Positions 47,647 to 57,038 of a stretch of DNA of 64,000 nt are shown one piece after another. The notes under the pieces were generated by a model that searched no databases, was not told the DNA's origin, and worked only from the letters and a program-made list of their open reading frames with translations. A program made the translations under genes and the position numbers. The first letter of the stretch is position 1; the number at the start of each line of letters is the position of its first letter. Source of the DNA: a virus. Its lineage: Duplodnaviria; Heunggongvirae; Uroviricota; Caudoviricetes. Location: positions 35,512-99,511 of the IMG/VR virus record IMGVR_UViG_3300012942_000033; one strand, 5' to 3'.

Positions 47647-47888
47647 GCATATTGGCTAAGGTTCGTTCCGACCTCATGAAATCAGGTCTGAGCGAGGCTG
47701 AAGTTCTCGCGAATAGCGGTGGCATTCAGGGTATGTTTCAAGAGCTTCAGGATCTCAAACGCGAGATGAACGAGGCCAAGAAGAAGGCGGCCGATGAAGC
47801 CGCCAAACCATATCTCGAGGCCTTGGAAGCGCTCGAGAAGCGTTACTCAATTTTCGTGAAACTATCGGCCAGAGATTCGAGGAAGTAA
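47643..47888 (+). CDS. small coiled-coil protein
   Basis: 81 aa; ATGA overlap. Confidence 0.45.
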   Translation: MSILAKVRSDLMKSGLSEAEVLANSGGIQGMFQELQDLKREMNEAKKKAADEAAKPYLEALEALEKRYSIFVKLSARDSRK

Positions 47889-47897
47889 GGCAAGATC

Positions 47898-49238
47898 ATG
47901 GATAACAAGAGCATCAAATTCCCCGCCCGCCATTACGTGGGCTTCCAAGCCAGACCAAGTCAGGATGAACTCCCCCTGGGCTTCATGACTCCTGATGGTA
48001 CGGATAAAGCCGCGGAAAAGCGCAAGGCAACGGTGGATAATTGGGCAAAGGGCGGTGGCTATTATGCTCGGAACGAGGCAGAGGATAAACTCCCCGCCCA
48101 ATCCTACGAAAACAAGCCGATGATCGGCTTCAAGATGGGTCGCAATGTGCGACACGGATATGGCTGGGGTCAGGGCAACGTCAAGTGGCGTATCGAGGAT
48201 CCTCGGGGCTTTGAGCTCGAGATTACGAGCCCCAACTTGGCCCAGATCATGGCCTTCAGCACAATCGAAAAGGGTGAGATCCTCGAGGAATGTATCTGGG
48301 CACGCCTTGGTGCGGAGAATATCCTCGTCCCCGTGGATAGCGATGTCTATAAGAATACCGTTCGCAATACCGAACGCATGGCGAAGACTGCCAGTATGCG
48401 TGACATCAAGATTGGTGATTCTGCGGTGCTTCAGAACGGTGATGAGGGCGTCTATTACGGTGCCTTCTACATTGCGAATACCGACAAATACGGTTCCAAT
48501 TATTCGCACCAGCTGAGCTTCAGCGGCAAAAAGCGGCACGTTTTTCTCATGCAACATCCTGGTGCCGATGGTCACGAGTCGGTGAAATTCTTCAAGGCGG
48601 TCAGCGCTCCAAAACTCTCGGAGCTCTTCGAGGGTAAGGCTATGACCCATGAGGAAGCGGAGAAAGAGGTCAATCGGCTAGTTCAGAAGGGCGTGGCTCT
48701 TAACGAGGCCGGTCAGAGCTACCAGGAAGCCATTGGTGTCTCCATTGATCCAATCACTAAGGATGACTTCGTAATGACCGAAGAAGCCATCACGTATGAC
48801 GAGTTGATCAAGGAAGCCGAGGAGATGGAAGGTGCGGAGGCCTATATCCGCCAGGGCAATCTCTCCTACGCTCTTCGCTACCTAATACCTGGCAATTCAT
48901 TCGCAGACTTCCGAGGGCATTTGGTCTACGTTCCGGTCGAGGAGTGGGAAGCCAAGAAGTCAATGATGCCAGGTGGATCGAATCATAATCCACAGTATCA
49001 CAGTAACCCCAAGCATTGGCTCTTCAATTGTGTGGTCATGAATCCAGGTGCGTGGAGTCGTGGAAGCCTCACACCAGTGACCAAAACATCCACCCACGGT
49101 AGTGGATATTGGGCTTCCTCTCGACAGGAACCAGTTACAGAAACCATCGACCCGATGGTGGAGGATCTACCGACCTTGAAGCGCTTCCGAATGACTGCAA
49201 AGACCAAAACTGGTTGTGAGGTCGTCTTCTACCGCTGA
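47898..49238 (+). CDS. hypothetical protein
   Basis: 446-aa ORF. Confidence 0.55.
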   Translation: MDNKSIKFPARHYVGFQARPSQDELPLGFMTPDGTDKAAEKRKATVDNWAKGGGYYARNEAEDKLPAQSYENKPMIGFKMGRNVRHGYGWGQGNVKWRIEDPRGFELEITSPNLAQIMAFSTIEKGEILEECIWARLGAENILVPVDSDVYKNTVRNTERMAKTASMRDIKIGDSAVLQNGDEGVYYGAFYIANTDKYGSNYSHQLSFSGKKRHVFLMQHPGADGHESVKFFKAVSAPKLSELFEGKAMTHEEAEKEVNRLVQKGVALNEAGQSYQEAIGVSIDPITKDDFVMTEEAITYDELIKEAEEMEGAEAYIRQGNLSYALRYLIPGNSFADFRGHLVYVPVEEWEAKKSMMPGGSNHNPQYHSNPKHWLFNCVVMNPGAWSRGSLTPVTKTSTHGSGYWASSRQEPVTETIDPMVEDLPTLKRFRMTAKTKTGCEVVFYR

Positions 49239-49242
49239 TGAA

Positions 49243-49268
49243 AATGGGTGGCATTGCTGCCACCCATT
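49243..49268. terminator. bidirectional terminator
   Basis: AATGGGTGGCA-TTGC-TGCCACCCATT lies between convergent genes. Confidence 0.6.
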
Positions 49269-49270
49269 CC

Positions 49271-50620
49271 TTAGAACTTGACCTTCTTCAAGGCCTCTAC
49301 CTCTTCACGATAGATGGCCTTGCGGCGTTCGGGGTCTTTGAGGATCGCCTTGTATTCCTTGATGTCAGCTTCAAGCAATTTGATCTTAGCCAACACATCA
49401 GCGTAGGCGTCTTTGGTCCAACGATGAGCTGGTAGATTGACTATGCGGTCAATACGCTTCTCATCTAGCTTCAACTTGGTTGTGACCTTGCTGACATCTA
49501 GATCCAATGAAGCACGGTCCTTGATACCGCCCAGGCGTGCTGGTAGCTTATCATCAAAACACAGTTTGACGCCCTTCCAGAAGCCCAGTTCATAGTCGTT
49601 CTTGGCTACTAGGTTCTCATATCGCACCTTATACCAGCCAAGCCGCCATTCGACGAAATCCTGAATGAGCTTCTCGGCGCTATCATACTGACGAATTGAT
49701 GAACCGTTCCAATCAATGACCACGATACGCTCGCTCTTCTTCTGCTTGAGCTTGAAGTAGTCAATGGCCCGATTCACATTCCAACCTCTGGCTGACCCTC
49801 TGGGTAGCTTGATCGTAATATCAATGGCATCAGTGGAGCGATCCGTGTACATCGAGATACGATTCTCATCCTCATACGTGTTGAGTCGTTCTTTGAACTT
49901 CTCGAGAGTCAGATCAGGTGGAAGCTCAGTGATCTTGATCGTGCTGGTGTCTAGGATCTCGAGCTTACCAGTAAATTCCCATGAGTTCTCCTCAAGGTGT
50001 TTCACACCAATGTCATAGAGCTCATATGATGGAGCGATCCTCTTGAGCTTCTTACCATCCAAGACATCGAGAGTGGCCTGAACTAGGTTCTTGAAAGAGC
50101 GGGGAAGGATCTCCGTACTCCAGCCCACTGCGATACCCGAGACGCCATTGAGCAATACCGTTGGTATAAGAGGAAGGAAGTGTTGTGGCTCGATGGTTGA
50201 CCCGTCATAGTTCTCCTTGACTGGCACGATATCCATATCAGGAAACATCAACTCCTGAGCGGCCTTGCCCCGCTTAACATAGGTATAACGGGGGGCTCCA
50301 ATTCCATCAACAGGAGCAACACGGGTTCCGAATGACCCAATACCATCTAGGAGTGGCACGTTGTTGACATAGGGTGCGGCGAGCATCGAGATCGAACCAG
50401 CAGCACTCTGGTCACCATGCAAATAGAGCCCACTCGATATCATTTCTCCGGCCAATGAAACGGTCTTGATCTTATCCTGGCGGCTCTTGACCAACCATAA
50501 TGCTTTACGTTGGGCGTCTTTGAGCCCATCAGCAACCTTTGGAATGGCGCGTGACTCACAAACGTAGATCGAATATTCTCGAGAGGTGTCTAGGATATAG
50601 TTTGAGCTATTCTGGGTCAT
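49271..50620 (-). CDS. DNA topoisomerase II medium subunit (T4 gp52-like, GyrA-like catalytic domain)
   Basis: IPKVADGLKDAQRKALW aligns with GyrA LPDVRDGLKPVHRRVLY. Active-site Tyr context GAPRYTYVKR. Confidence 0.8.
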   Translation of the reverse strand: MTQNSSNYILDTSREYSIYVCESRAIPKVADGLKDAQRKALWLVKSRQDKIKTVSLAGEMISSGLYLHGDQSAAGSISMLAAPYVNNVPLLDGIGSFGTRVAPVDGIGAPRYTYVKRGKAAQELMFPDMDIVPVKENYDGSTIEPQHFLPLIPTVLLNGVSGIAVGWSTEILPRSFKNLVQATLDVLDGKKLKRIAPSYELYDIGVKHLEENSWEFTGKLEILDTSTIKITELPPDLTLEKFKERLNTYEDENRISMYTDRSTDAIDITIKLPRGSARGWNVNRAIDYFKLKQKKSERIVVIDWNGSSIRQYDSAEKLIQDFVEWRLGWYKVRYENLVAKNDYELGFWKGVKLCFDDKLPARLGGIKDRASLDLDVSKVTTKLKLDEKRIDRIVNLPAHRWTKDAYADVLAKIKLLEADIKEYKAILKDPERRKAIYREEVEALKKVKF

Positions 50621-50682
50621 TGAGTTGGCCTCTGTTTATCTGTGCAGTTTACTTAGCACACCAGAGTCAAGTCAATATCTGG

Positions 50683-50892
50683 TTATGACCATCTCGCCTT
50701 AAACAAAAGGGCTTCCTTGACATCCTCGAAATCCAGATAAGCTCTCCAGCCATCGCTGACCTCAATGACTGGATAGAACTGACGACCGAAAGCCAATTTG
50801 CACCATTCCATGAACTGAGGGGATGGTCTGTAGATTTCTTTATCATCTAGAGCGATGATATTATGAGCGGGTACACTGACTCTTATGGCCAC
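50683..50892 (-). CDS. FKL-WG family small protein (ALLFKARWS)
   Basis: C-terminal motif; first gene of the minus-strand array. Confidence 0.5.
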   Translation of the reverse strand: MAIRVSVPAHNIIALDDKEIYRPSPQFMEWCKLAFGRQFYPVIEVSDGWRAYLDFEDVKEALLFKARWS

Positions 50893-51260
50893 CTTGAACT
50901 GCCCCAGAAATTGGGCTGTTCACCACCCCAAGTGAGCTTAAACATCAAGACGTCTGATTTCCTCGCGAACCAAAGAGCTGGCGGCTTCTTACCCCCAACC
51001 TTGATCCGGCCCATATCGGCAATGAATTCTGGCCTGAAACGCTTGGTGCGGATCATATAGCTAACCGCCGCTATTTCGCGACCCATGACCTTCTTAGGAG
51101 TGAGACTACCCAGCCAAACGGCTATCCTTGTATCGAACTCATACCAGGGCCAATCAGGATCTATTCCAAATCGACTGGTCGTACAATACCGGTAGAATTC
51201 AGGTACATCTACCCGCCAGGGTCTTAGGGGATTACGCCACCATTGCCTACGAATTTTCAT
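50883..51260 (-). CDS. FKL-WG family small protein (DVLMFKLTWGGEQ plus 14-aa tail)
   Basis: The motif is followed by an unusual extension that overlaps the next gene; possible frameshift or genuine variant. Confidence 0.45.
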   Translation of the reverse strand: MKIRRQWWRNPLRPWRVDVPEFYRYCTTSRFGIDPDWPWYEFDTRIAVWLGSLTPKKVMGREIAAVSYMIRTKRFRPEFIADMGRIKVGGKKPPALWFARKSDVLMFKLTWGGEQPNFWGSSRWP

Positions 51261-51499
51261 CGGCCACCAAAGGTCATCTTGAACAGCACCGCCTCGCTCA
51301 CTTTATCAAACCAAAACAAGCCATCAATGTGGCTCCAGTGATGCTTACAATGTTCCTCACACCAATCCTCCAGATCATTAACCCAGAGCCAGTAGGTGTT
51401 GCGATTCCACGGATCATTGGGTGCGAAAACTTTGACCTTAACGGCATGGCGATAACCCGTGCGAAGGCCCTTATACCCTCGAGGGGGATTCCAAGACAT
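51257..51499 (-). CDS. FKL-WG family small protein (WCEEHCKHHW plus AVLFKMTFGGR)
   Basis: Both motifs present. Confidence 0.55.
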   Translation of the reverse strand: MSWNPPRGYKGLRTGYRHAVKVKVFAPNDPWNRNTYWLWVNDLEDWCEEHCKHHWSHIDGLFWFDKVSEAVLFKMTFGGR

Positions 51500-51581
51500 A
51501 GCGATACTCCAGGAAGCGTGATTGCTTCCTAGTGTTCGCTGTGAAGGGCCTTACGATCAATCATAAACCTCGAATAGCACC

Positions 51582-51773
51582 TTATCCAATAAGTTCAACC
51601 TTGAGTATGGTGATTCGACTACCAGGCTTTTGCTTTTCGCCCCATCTAAGAGCGGCATTCCGAGCCTGACCCTCGCTCATATGATATCCCCAGAATACCA
51701 GATCGGTATCCTCATTCACGGTATCATGCATCAAGGTGATCTTCCAGAGCTTACACTGATTCATATCATCCAT
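51582..51773 (-). CDS. small hypothetical protein (no family motif)
   Basis: 63-aa ORF inside the array. Confidence 0.35.
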   Translation of the reverse strand: MDDMNQCKLWKITLMHDTVNEDTDLVFWGYHMSEGQARNAALRWGEKQKPGSRITILKVELIG

Positions 51774-52029
51774 TCGCTAATTTGAAAAGCATTGCGTCAT
51801 TGGCATCGGTAAAAAGAACCTGCGTGATGTTGAAAGGGTTAATCCTGAACTCACCTTGACAATTACCAGAACACCAGGCTTTAGCAAACTCGGTCATTTC
51901 CACTACCAAGTCAGTCATCCCCATTGGGCATTTACCCCTAGCCATCGCATCATCCAGGATATGACGACACATTGAACTTCTGAGGCCTAGATCAACCTGA
52001 TAGGTAAAACGGTAAAGGTCATCCATCAT
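51766..52029 (-). CDS. FKL-WG family small protein (WCSGNCQGEF plus AMLFKLANG)
   Basis: Both motifs present. Confidence 0.55.
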   Translation of the reverse strand: MMDDLYRFTYQVDLGLRSSMCRHILDDAMARGKCPMGMTDLVVEMTEFAKAWCSGNCQGEFRINPFNITQVLFTDANDAMLFKLANG

Positions 52030-52340
52030 AGGCTTCCACCCCAGACTAATTTGAATGCTGCGGCATCTTGGTCACTTTGGAAGTAGACCTTATACTGGTT
52101 TCGCTGGATGCTATTGAGTAAGGAATGATAGGGGTGATCCTCCGTACCAATCCTTGGCATCACACCTTGGCCCGAGATAACGACTGATTCTTGGGTCATC
52201 CTCTCTAGCCAGTCTCGGAGGTCATGATGGTTATCCTCCTTCATCTGGATGTGGAAGCTCGTAGCTCCCTTGATGTCAAGGTACCATTTGACCTGATCCT
52301 CTCGATCAACGATATAGATGCGTTGGTTCAGATCTGCCAT
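52026..52340 (-). CDS. FKL-WG family small protein (AAAFKLVWGGSL)
   Basis: C-terminal motif. Confidence 0.5.
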   Translation of the reverse strand: MADLNQRIYIVDREDQVKWYLDIKGATSFHIQMKEDNHHDLRDWLERMTQESVVISGQGVMPRIGTEDHPYHSLLNSIQRNQYKVYFQSDQDAAAFKLVWGGSL

Positions 52341-52579
52341 TGGTTTTCAAATGCTTCCGCGTCATCATGATTCTTGAACCATGCGGTAACTTCATAGGAT
52401 CGACCAATGCCGATTCGTTCTGGTTGAAACTCAACTACCCTATACTGCATGGGGCCCTTTAGGTGCTCTCTACACCAATGAACTATGAACTCCTCATCAA
52501 ACACACCACGCTCGAATTCCTTGATACGCTTATGTGGCATGTGCTTAGGTGGTGTTCCGTTTCTATGTACTGTCCCCAT
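52328..52579 (-). CDS. divergent FKL-WG family member (HWCREHLKG plus DAEAFENQWQI)
   Basis: Central WC motif is retained; the C-terminal motif is degenerate. Confidence 0.4.
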   Translation of the reverse strand: MGTVHRNGTPPKHMPHKRIKEFERGVFDEEFIVHWCREHLKGPMQYRVVEFQPERIGIGRSYEVTAWFKNHDDAEAFENQWQI

Positions 52580-52792
52580 CTAATGCCTCAACTTGAAGAT
52601 GATCGCCTGCTCCTTCGTCTCGAAGGATAAGCCCTTAATTTCGTGATTACCCACATAGTGAAAAGCTACCGTATGGGTGATTCGCATCTCCATGAGTATT
52701 TCCCAGGCCCGATTGAAAGCATCACTCTTAAAGGCAAGTGGTGGATTGAACTCTATGTACTTTCTAGTGGCCCGCTCGGGCATGAATGCCAC
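52580..52792 (-). CDS. FKL-WG family small protein (AIIFKLRH)
   Basis: Truncated C-terminal motif. Confidence 0.45.
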   Translation of the reverse strand: MAFMPERATRKYIEFNPPLAFKSDAFNRAWEILMEMRITHTVAFHYVGNHEIKGLSFETKEQAIIFKLRH

Positions 52793-53040
52793 CTCAATTT
52801 GAACATCATCGCATCCTGCGGTTCCGCGAATGTGATATTGATTGCGATCTGGGTGTGGCCCATGCCGTAGGCCTTTATTCCACTAGAGTGACACCACTCC
52901 TCTAGTGCGTCAATAATTCTGGTGGCAAAGACCTCCCAGGATTTCTCCACGTCATTATCGATCAACCTGAACTGCAGACCAATTGAATTGCCGATAGCTT
53001 TGATCTGTCTGTCATACCTCATGAAGGAGAACGTAATCAC
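52753..53040 (-). CDS. FKL-WG family small protein (EWCHSSG plus AMMFKLRWHS with tail)
   Basis: Both motifs present; the tail overlaps the next gene. Confidence 0.5.
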   Translation of the reverse strand: MITFSFMRYDRQIKAIGNSIGLQFRLIDNDVEKSWEVFATRIIDALEEWCHSSGIKAYGMGHTQIAINITFAEPQDAMMFKLRWHSCPSGPLEST

Positions 53041-53330
53041 ACGCCACCGAAGGCCAATTTGAAAGCCATAGCATCGGCCTTATTCTTGAATCTCCAGCTG
53101 TAGCGAATGCTGGTGTAGTGAAGGCGAACCCTCACAGGGTTGAGGCCCTGTGGTGCATTGGTCTCAACTTTGCGTTCATAACCCCAAGTCTGGCCCAGGT
53201 CACCAAGTTGATCTCCACACCATTGATTGACATCCATCATCTGCATGAAGTCATCTTCAACAGGCGTAGTCTGGTATTCAATCCAATGGGGGAACTGGTA
53301 GTCGGGTAATTCCTGATAGGTCAGCTTCAT
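53037..53330 (-). CDS. FKL-WG family small protein (QWCGDQLGD plus AMAFKLAFGGV)
   Basis: Both motifs present. Confidence 0.55.
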   Translation of the reverse strand: MKLTYQELPDYQFPHWIEYQTTPVEDDFMQMMDVNQWCGDQLGDLGQTWGYERKVETNAPQGLNPVRVRLHYTSIRYSWRFKNKADAMAFKLAFGGV

Positions 53331-53338
53331 TTACCTAC

Positions 53339-53629
53339 TTATCTGTCCCAACTGAGCTTAAACATCAAAGCATCATTGGCATTCTTGAATGTCAAAGCGT
53401 AGGTAAGATGGAGATAATGGGTAGTTGGGTCATGAGCCTTACCATTGAAGCACCAACCAAATTGGTCATTATCCAGATTCGCTATGAATTCCATGTAGGT
53501 TGGCGCCTGCTTACCTACATTCTCTTCAAGCCATCCGACGGCTTCTTGGCTCAGGATATCGCTGTAACGATTCAACCAACCCAGACTGTCAGATACTGGT
53601 ATGTAGATCGTAGTCGTTTCGTAGGTCAT
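53339..53629 (-). CDS. FKL-WG family small protein (GWCFNGKAHD plus ALMFKLSWDR)
   Basis: Both motifs present. Confidence 0.55.
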   Translation of the reverse strand: MTYETTTIYIPVSDSLGWLNRYSDILSQEAVGWLEENVGKQAPTYMEFIANLDNDQFGWCFNGKAHDPTTHYLHLTYALTFKNANDALMFKLSWDR

Positions 53630-54048
53630 TCACCACCCCACGTTAGCTTAAAGAGCATAGCATCATTGTGGTTTTCAAACCAGAACCACATGCTTGGTGT
53701 GGTCACTCCAAGGGTGTCGAGGATCTCACGATCAATTTCTCTTTGAAGGTCGCGCGCCAAAGCATCAGTAATCATCGCTTCTAACCAATTCGAATCATTG
53801 GCTTTGCGTGGATTGGGTATCAGACCATCAGCTATATCAATACTGCGTTGATAGACATCATCATCGATCAAGACCTTATCATGAGATCTCGCGTAATCGC
53901 CTTGGCAGTTTTCTCGGCACCATGTATCAACCTCCGTAACATCGTCATGATAGACTGACACTCGAACACCTTGACGTTCGAGTTTAAGCCATCTCTCGGC
54001 TGTTGCTCTGTCATGGAACTCGGCGTTGATCATTGGAATCTGGCTCAT
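53626..54048 (-). CDS. FKL-WG family small protein (TWCRENCQGDY plus AMLFKLTWGGE)
   Basis: Both motifs present; the longest typical member. Confidence 0.55.
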   Translation of the reverse strand: MSQIPMINAEFHDRATAERWLKLERQGVRVSVYHDDVTEVDTWCRENCQGDYARSHDKVLIDDDVYQRSIDIADGLIPNPRKANDSNWLEAMITDALARDLQREIDREILDTLGVTTPSMWFWFENHNDAMLFKLTWGGE

Positions 54049-54049
54049 A

Positions 54050-54340
54050 TTAGCACCACGTTAATTTGAAAATTACGGCCGCATCTGGATTTCTGATCTC
54101 CACGCAAGCAGACCAGCTATAAAGAAGGGGTGGCATGTGATTGTCGCCGAGGTGATGGAAGGTTACCATGTAATCCCTGGTGAGCTTATAACCTCTATCA
54201 TCAAACCAACTACCAAACAGATGGCGGATTGCTTTGCGACGATCATTCGCTTTAGGATAATGGTAGTGAAGATCAGGATACCTTCCATCTTCACCACATT
54301 CAATCTGAAACAGTTTCTCCAGGTAGACCATCATCCCCAC
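54050..54340 (-). CDS. FKL-WG family small protein (AVIFKLTWC)
   Basis: C-terminal motif. Confidence 0.5.
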   Translation of the reverse strand: MGMMVYLEKLFQIECGEDGRYPDLHYHYPKANDRRKAIRHLFGSWFDDRGYKLTRDYMVTFHHLGDNHMPPLLYSWSACVEIRNPDAAVIFKLTWC

Positions 54341-54612
54341 GTGAGTTTGAATAGCAGAGCATCGGCCTCATTGAGGAAGGCGAAACCCGTTCTCCCCATC
54401 ACATTAACGGGTTTGGGTGGAGAAGAGCAATTTACTCGGCACCATCGCATAAGCACCGCCATACCCTGGTTGATTTCATTGGTAGTGTATCTGGTAAACA
54501 TGGCAGGATGGATCACACCACCAATTTCAACAATGCGATCCACACTGATATAGGCAACGATGTCAGTTTCACTTGGAGTGTACCAGATGGTCAACCAATC
54601 TCGATATGGCAC
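54331..54612 (-). CDS. FKL-WG family small protein (RWCRVNCSS plus ALLFKLTWG)
   Basis: Both motifs present. Confidence 0.55.
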   Translation of the reverse strand: MPYRDWLTIWYTPSETDIVAYISVDRIVEIGGVIHPAMFTRYTTNEINQGMAVLMRWCRVNCSSPPKPVNVMGRTGFAFLNEADALLFKLTWG

Positions 54613-55026
54613 TTAGAGGCCACCAAACTTCAATTTGAGGAACATAGCCATCTTGGGGTCTCGAACGCAGACTTGTATCGCACCCTTGCCTTTGTGGGTC
54701 GTTTCACCCCTCACATACCAATCATAATCCTGAGGTCTTTGATACCAATCCAGGCCAAATGCACGGCGTTCTCCCGCGTTCCTGTCTAGCCATTCCTTGA
54801 TGCCAGGTTTGATCTGAGTGACCCATTTGTCTTCTGGATCAGGTTCGTAGAAGTCATCCTTCGGTATATAGACATTAGCATAACCATCGGCCTTATCTGG
54901 TTCATCCTTCCAGAATTCCTCTGGGTCAACTGGCTCAGTTGGAGTCAGATCCAGATGAGTATTCCAGTTCTTGGGGGTCTTTGACCAAGACCAGAGGTAT
55001 GGAATGTCTTCTTCATTCTCTTCCAT
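54613..55026 (-). CDS. FKL-WG family small protein (AMFLKLKFGGL)
   Basis: C-terminal motif; abuts the topoisomerase large-subunit gene. Confidence 0.5.
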   Translation of the reverse strand: MEENEEDIPYLWSWSKTPKNWNTHLDLTPTEPVDPEEFWKDEPDKADGYANVYIPKDDFYEPDPEDKWVTQIKPGIKEWLDRNAGERRAFGLDWYQRPQDYDWYVRGETTHKGKGAIQVCVRDPKMAMFLKLKFGGL

Positions 55027-56898
55027 TTAGAGCCCGATCCAGGCCTTTCGATCATCTGACCGCTTACTGTTGAAGATCAAATCCAGTGTCTCCTCCATCT
55101 TGCCATCATCGACTACTGGATAGACCTCTGGGTTCTTGAGTGAATATTCCCAATCCTCACGAGTCAAAGTGCCAAGACCTTTAGCTCTGGTAATGGTCCA
55201 ACCGCTATAGGCTTCAGGGCTGAAATCCTGGTAGTTATGAGCATACCAGTATTTGCGCGTCTTACCCCTCTCCGCGATGATGAAGGGCGTGCGGAAGATG
55301 TGAACGAATGGGTGCTTTGGATCCTGAAAGAGTTCTGGCCAATAGGTGTGGAAGAAGTTGATCAGCAGGGCACCGATGTTGAGGCCGTCTGGGTCCATAT
55401 CATGGGCCACATAGACCTTGCCATAGCGAAGATCATCCAATTTGGCCTTCTGGCCAATTACCAAACCCAGGCAATTCATGATGTCACCGAGTTCCTTGTT
55501 ATCGATGACCTTCTTGGGTGATTCTCCATTCACATTGAGCACCTTACCCTTCATGCCTAGACCACCATGAAGATCAGGATCTCGGCAACTCCCCATACCC
55601 GAGATAGCGCTCTCACCTTCGGCTAGGAAGAGGATACACTTGGAACGATCCTTACCAGTGGCATCCATGAGCCTTGGAACCTTATTGCGGAGGTTCTTCT
55701 TCGCCGCCTTCGCGATATCAGCGGCATCTTTCTTCATCGTGCGCTCAGCACAACGCTTGTAGATATCCTCAATCCAGTCTCGGTTCTTACGGATGAACTC
55801 CTTGTAGAGATCTGGATTTTCGAGATGAGCCTTGATGATCCTGCTGACTTCCTCGTTAATCAGGCGGGTTTTGCTTTGACTATCGAAGTTAGGGCCATGC
55901 ATGTTGGTGATGTTGTAGATGAGTACACCTTCGGTGACATCTGAGCGGTTGGGTTGGAGGCGACGTTTCTTTGATTCACGTTCAAGAGCGGTAAGGAGAT
56001 TACCATAGAAGAGACGGCGGAAGGTCTCGATGTGAACACCACCATTGAATGCTGGAATGTTGTTGACGATCGTATGAACGTGTTCTCCTGATTCGATCCA
56101 GTTGGGCACAATCCAGAAGCGACTACGGAAGGTGTCTTCCTTGATCTCAATGGCCATTGGCTTCATACCGGGGAATAAGGTCTGCTCAGGTCGGGGCTTA
56201 ACCTTGATCTGCTCACCATTGTAGTAGATCTTGATCAGAGGGTTACAGATAGCAACCTCAGTAACTCGAGAGCGGATGAATTCCTCAGGAAGGATCAGAT
56301 CGGAGAAGACTTCACTGGATAGCTTGAATGTGATCTTCGTGCCATTCTGGCCTTGCCTCTTCGTCAGCTTGACCTTACCAAACTGAAGCGAGTCACCAAA
56401 TACCGCATTACCCTCGGTGAATTCCTGTTGGAACCTCTCGCCATCCTTCTGGATATCTAGCTTGAAATACTCGGAGCAGAAGTTCACGACACTGGCGCCA
56501 ATACCATTGGTACCCGCAACTTCGCCTCGTTCTTCAAAGTTACGACCAGCTCTCGCCTCTGTCATAACCAACGTGGCTAGGTGCATCTTATGCGCGTCAT
56601 CATAGGCGATTGGAATACCCCTACCATCATCCTCAACGCTCATTTCTCGAGTCGTTGGATCATAGGTCACTCTGATCTTACTACCAAAGCCATGACCCAC
56701 AAGTTCGTCGAGTGAGTTATCGAGGATCTCTCGGAAACCCGTATAGAGGGCTGGAACCCAAGTGGTTTCGACAGGAGTGGGCTTACCATCCACAAATTCC
56801 AAAATGGTCTGGGTATGTGGCGCGCGGCTACCCAGATACATTTCCGTTCGCAATCTCGCGTGCGAGTAATCAGAAAGTTTCTTAATGTTGTTTGACAT
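55027..56898 (-). CDS. DNA topoisomerase II large subunit (T4 gp39-like; GyrB-like ATPase plus Toprim)
   Basis: GHKL ATPase N-terminus (LRTEMYLGS...ILDNSLDE...DDGRGIP). Toprim segment CILFLAEGESA aligns with GyrB LyLVEGDSAGG. 623 aa. Confidence 0.85.
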   Translation of the reverse strand: MSNNIKKLSDYSHARLRTEMYLGSRAPHTQTILEFVDGKPTPVETTWVPALYTGFREILDNSLDELVGHGFGSKIRVTYDPTTREMSVEDDGRGIPIAYDDAHKMHLATLVMTEARAGRNFEERGEVAGTNGIGASVVNFCSEYFKLDIQKDGERFQQEFTEGNAVFGDSLQFGKVKLTKRQGQNGTKITFKLSSEVFSDLILPEEFIRSRVTEVAICNPLIKIYYNGEQIKVKPRPEQTLFPGMKPMAIEIKEDTFRSRFWIVPNWIESGEHVHTIVNNIPAFNGGVHIETFRRLFYGNLLTALERESKKRRLQPNRSDVTEGVLIYNITNMHGPNFDSQSKTRLINEEVSRIIKAHLENPDLYKEFIRKNRDWIEDIYKRCAERTMKKDAADIAKAAKKNLRNKVPRLMDATGKDRSKCILFLAEGESAISGMGSCRDPDLHGGLGMKGKVLNVNGESPKKVIDNKELGDIMNCLGLVIGQKAKLDDLRYGKVYVAHDMDPDGLNIGALLINFFHTYWPELFQDPKHPFVHIFRTPFIIAERGKTRKYWYAHNYQDFSPEAYSGWTITRAKGLGTLTREDWEYSLKNPEVYPVVDDGKMEETLDLIFNSKRSDDRKAWIGL

Positions 56899-57038
56899 GA
56901 ACGACCCTTATTCTTTGGTGTAATCTACGGTTTCACCCTCCTGAACGTCAATCTCCAGCTCAGGCACAAATTGATTTATCTTTCTTGCGCTTTGGGGAGA
57001 ATGAGCCTAATAATTCCTGCTTAGGATGGAGGTGCTCT

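Noticed and set aside
49238-49435. 65-aa plus-strand ORF
   Set aside because: It spans the bidirectional terminator and runs into the topoisomerase medium-subunit gene on the opposite strand.
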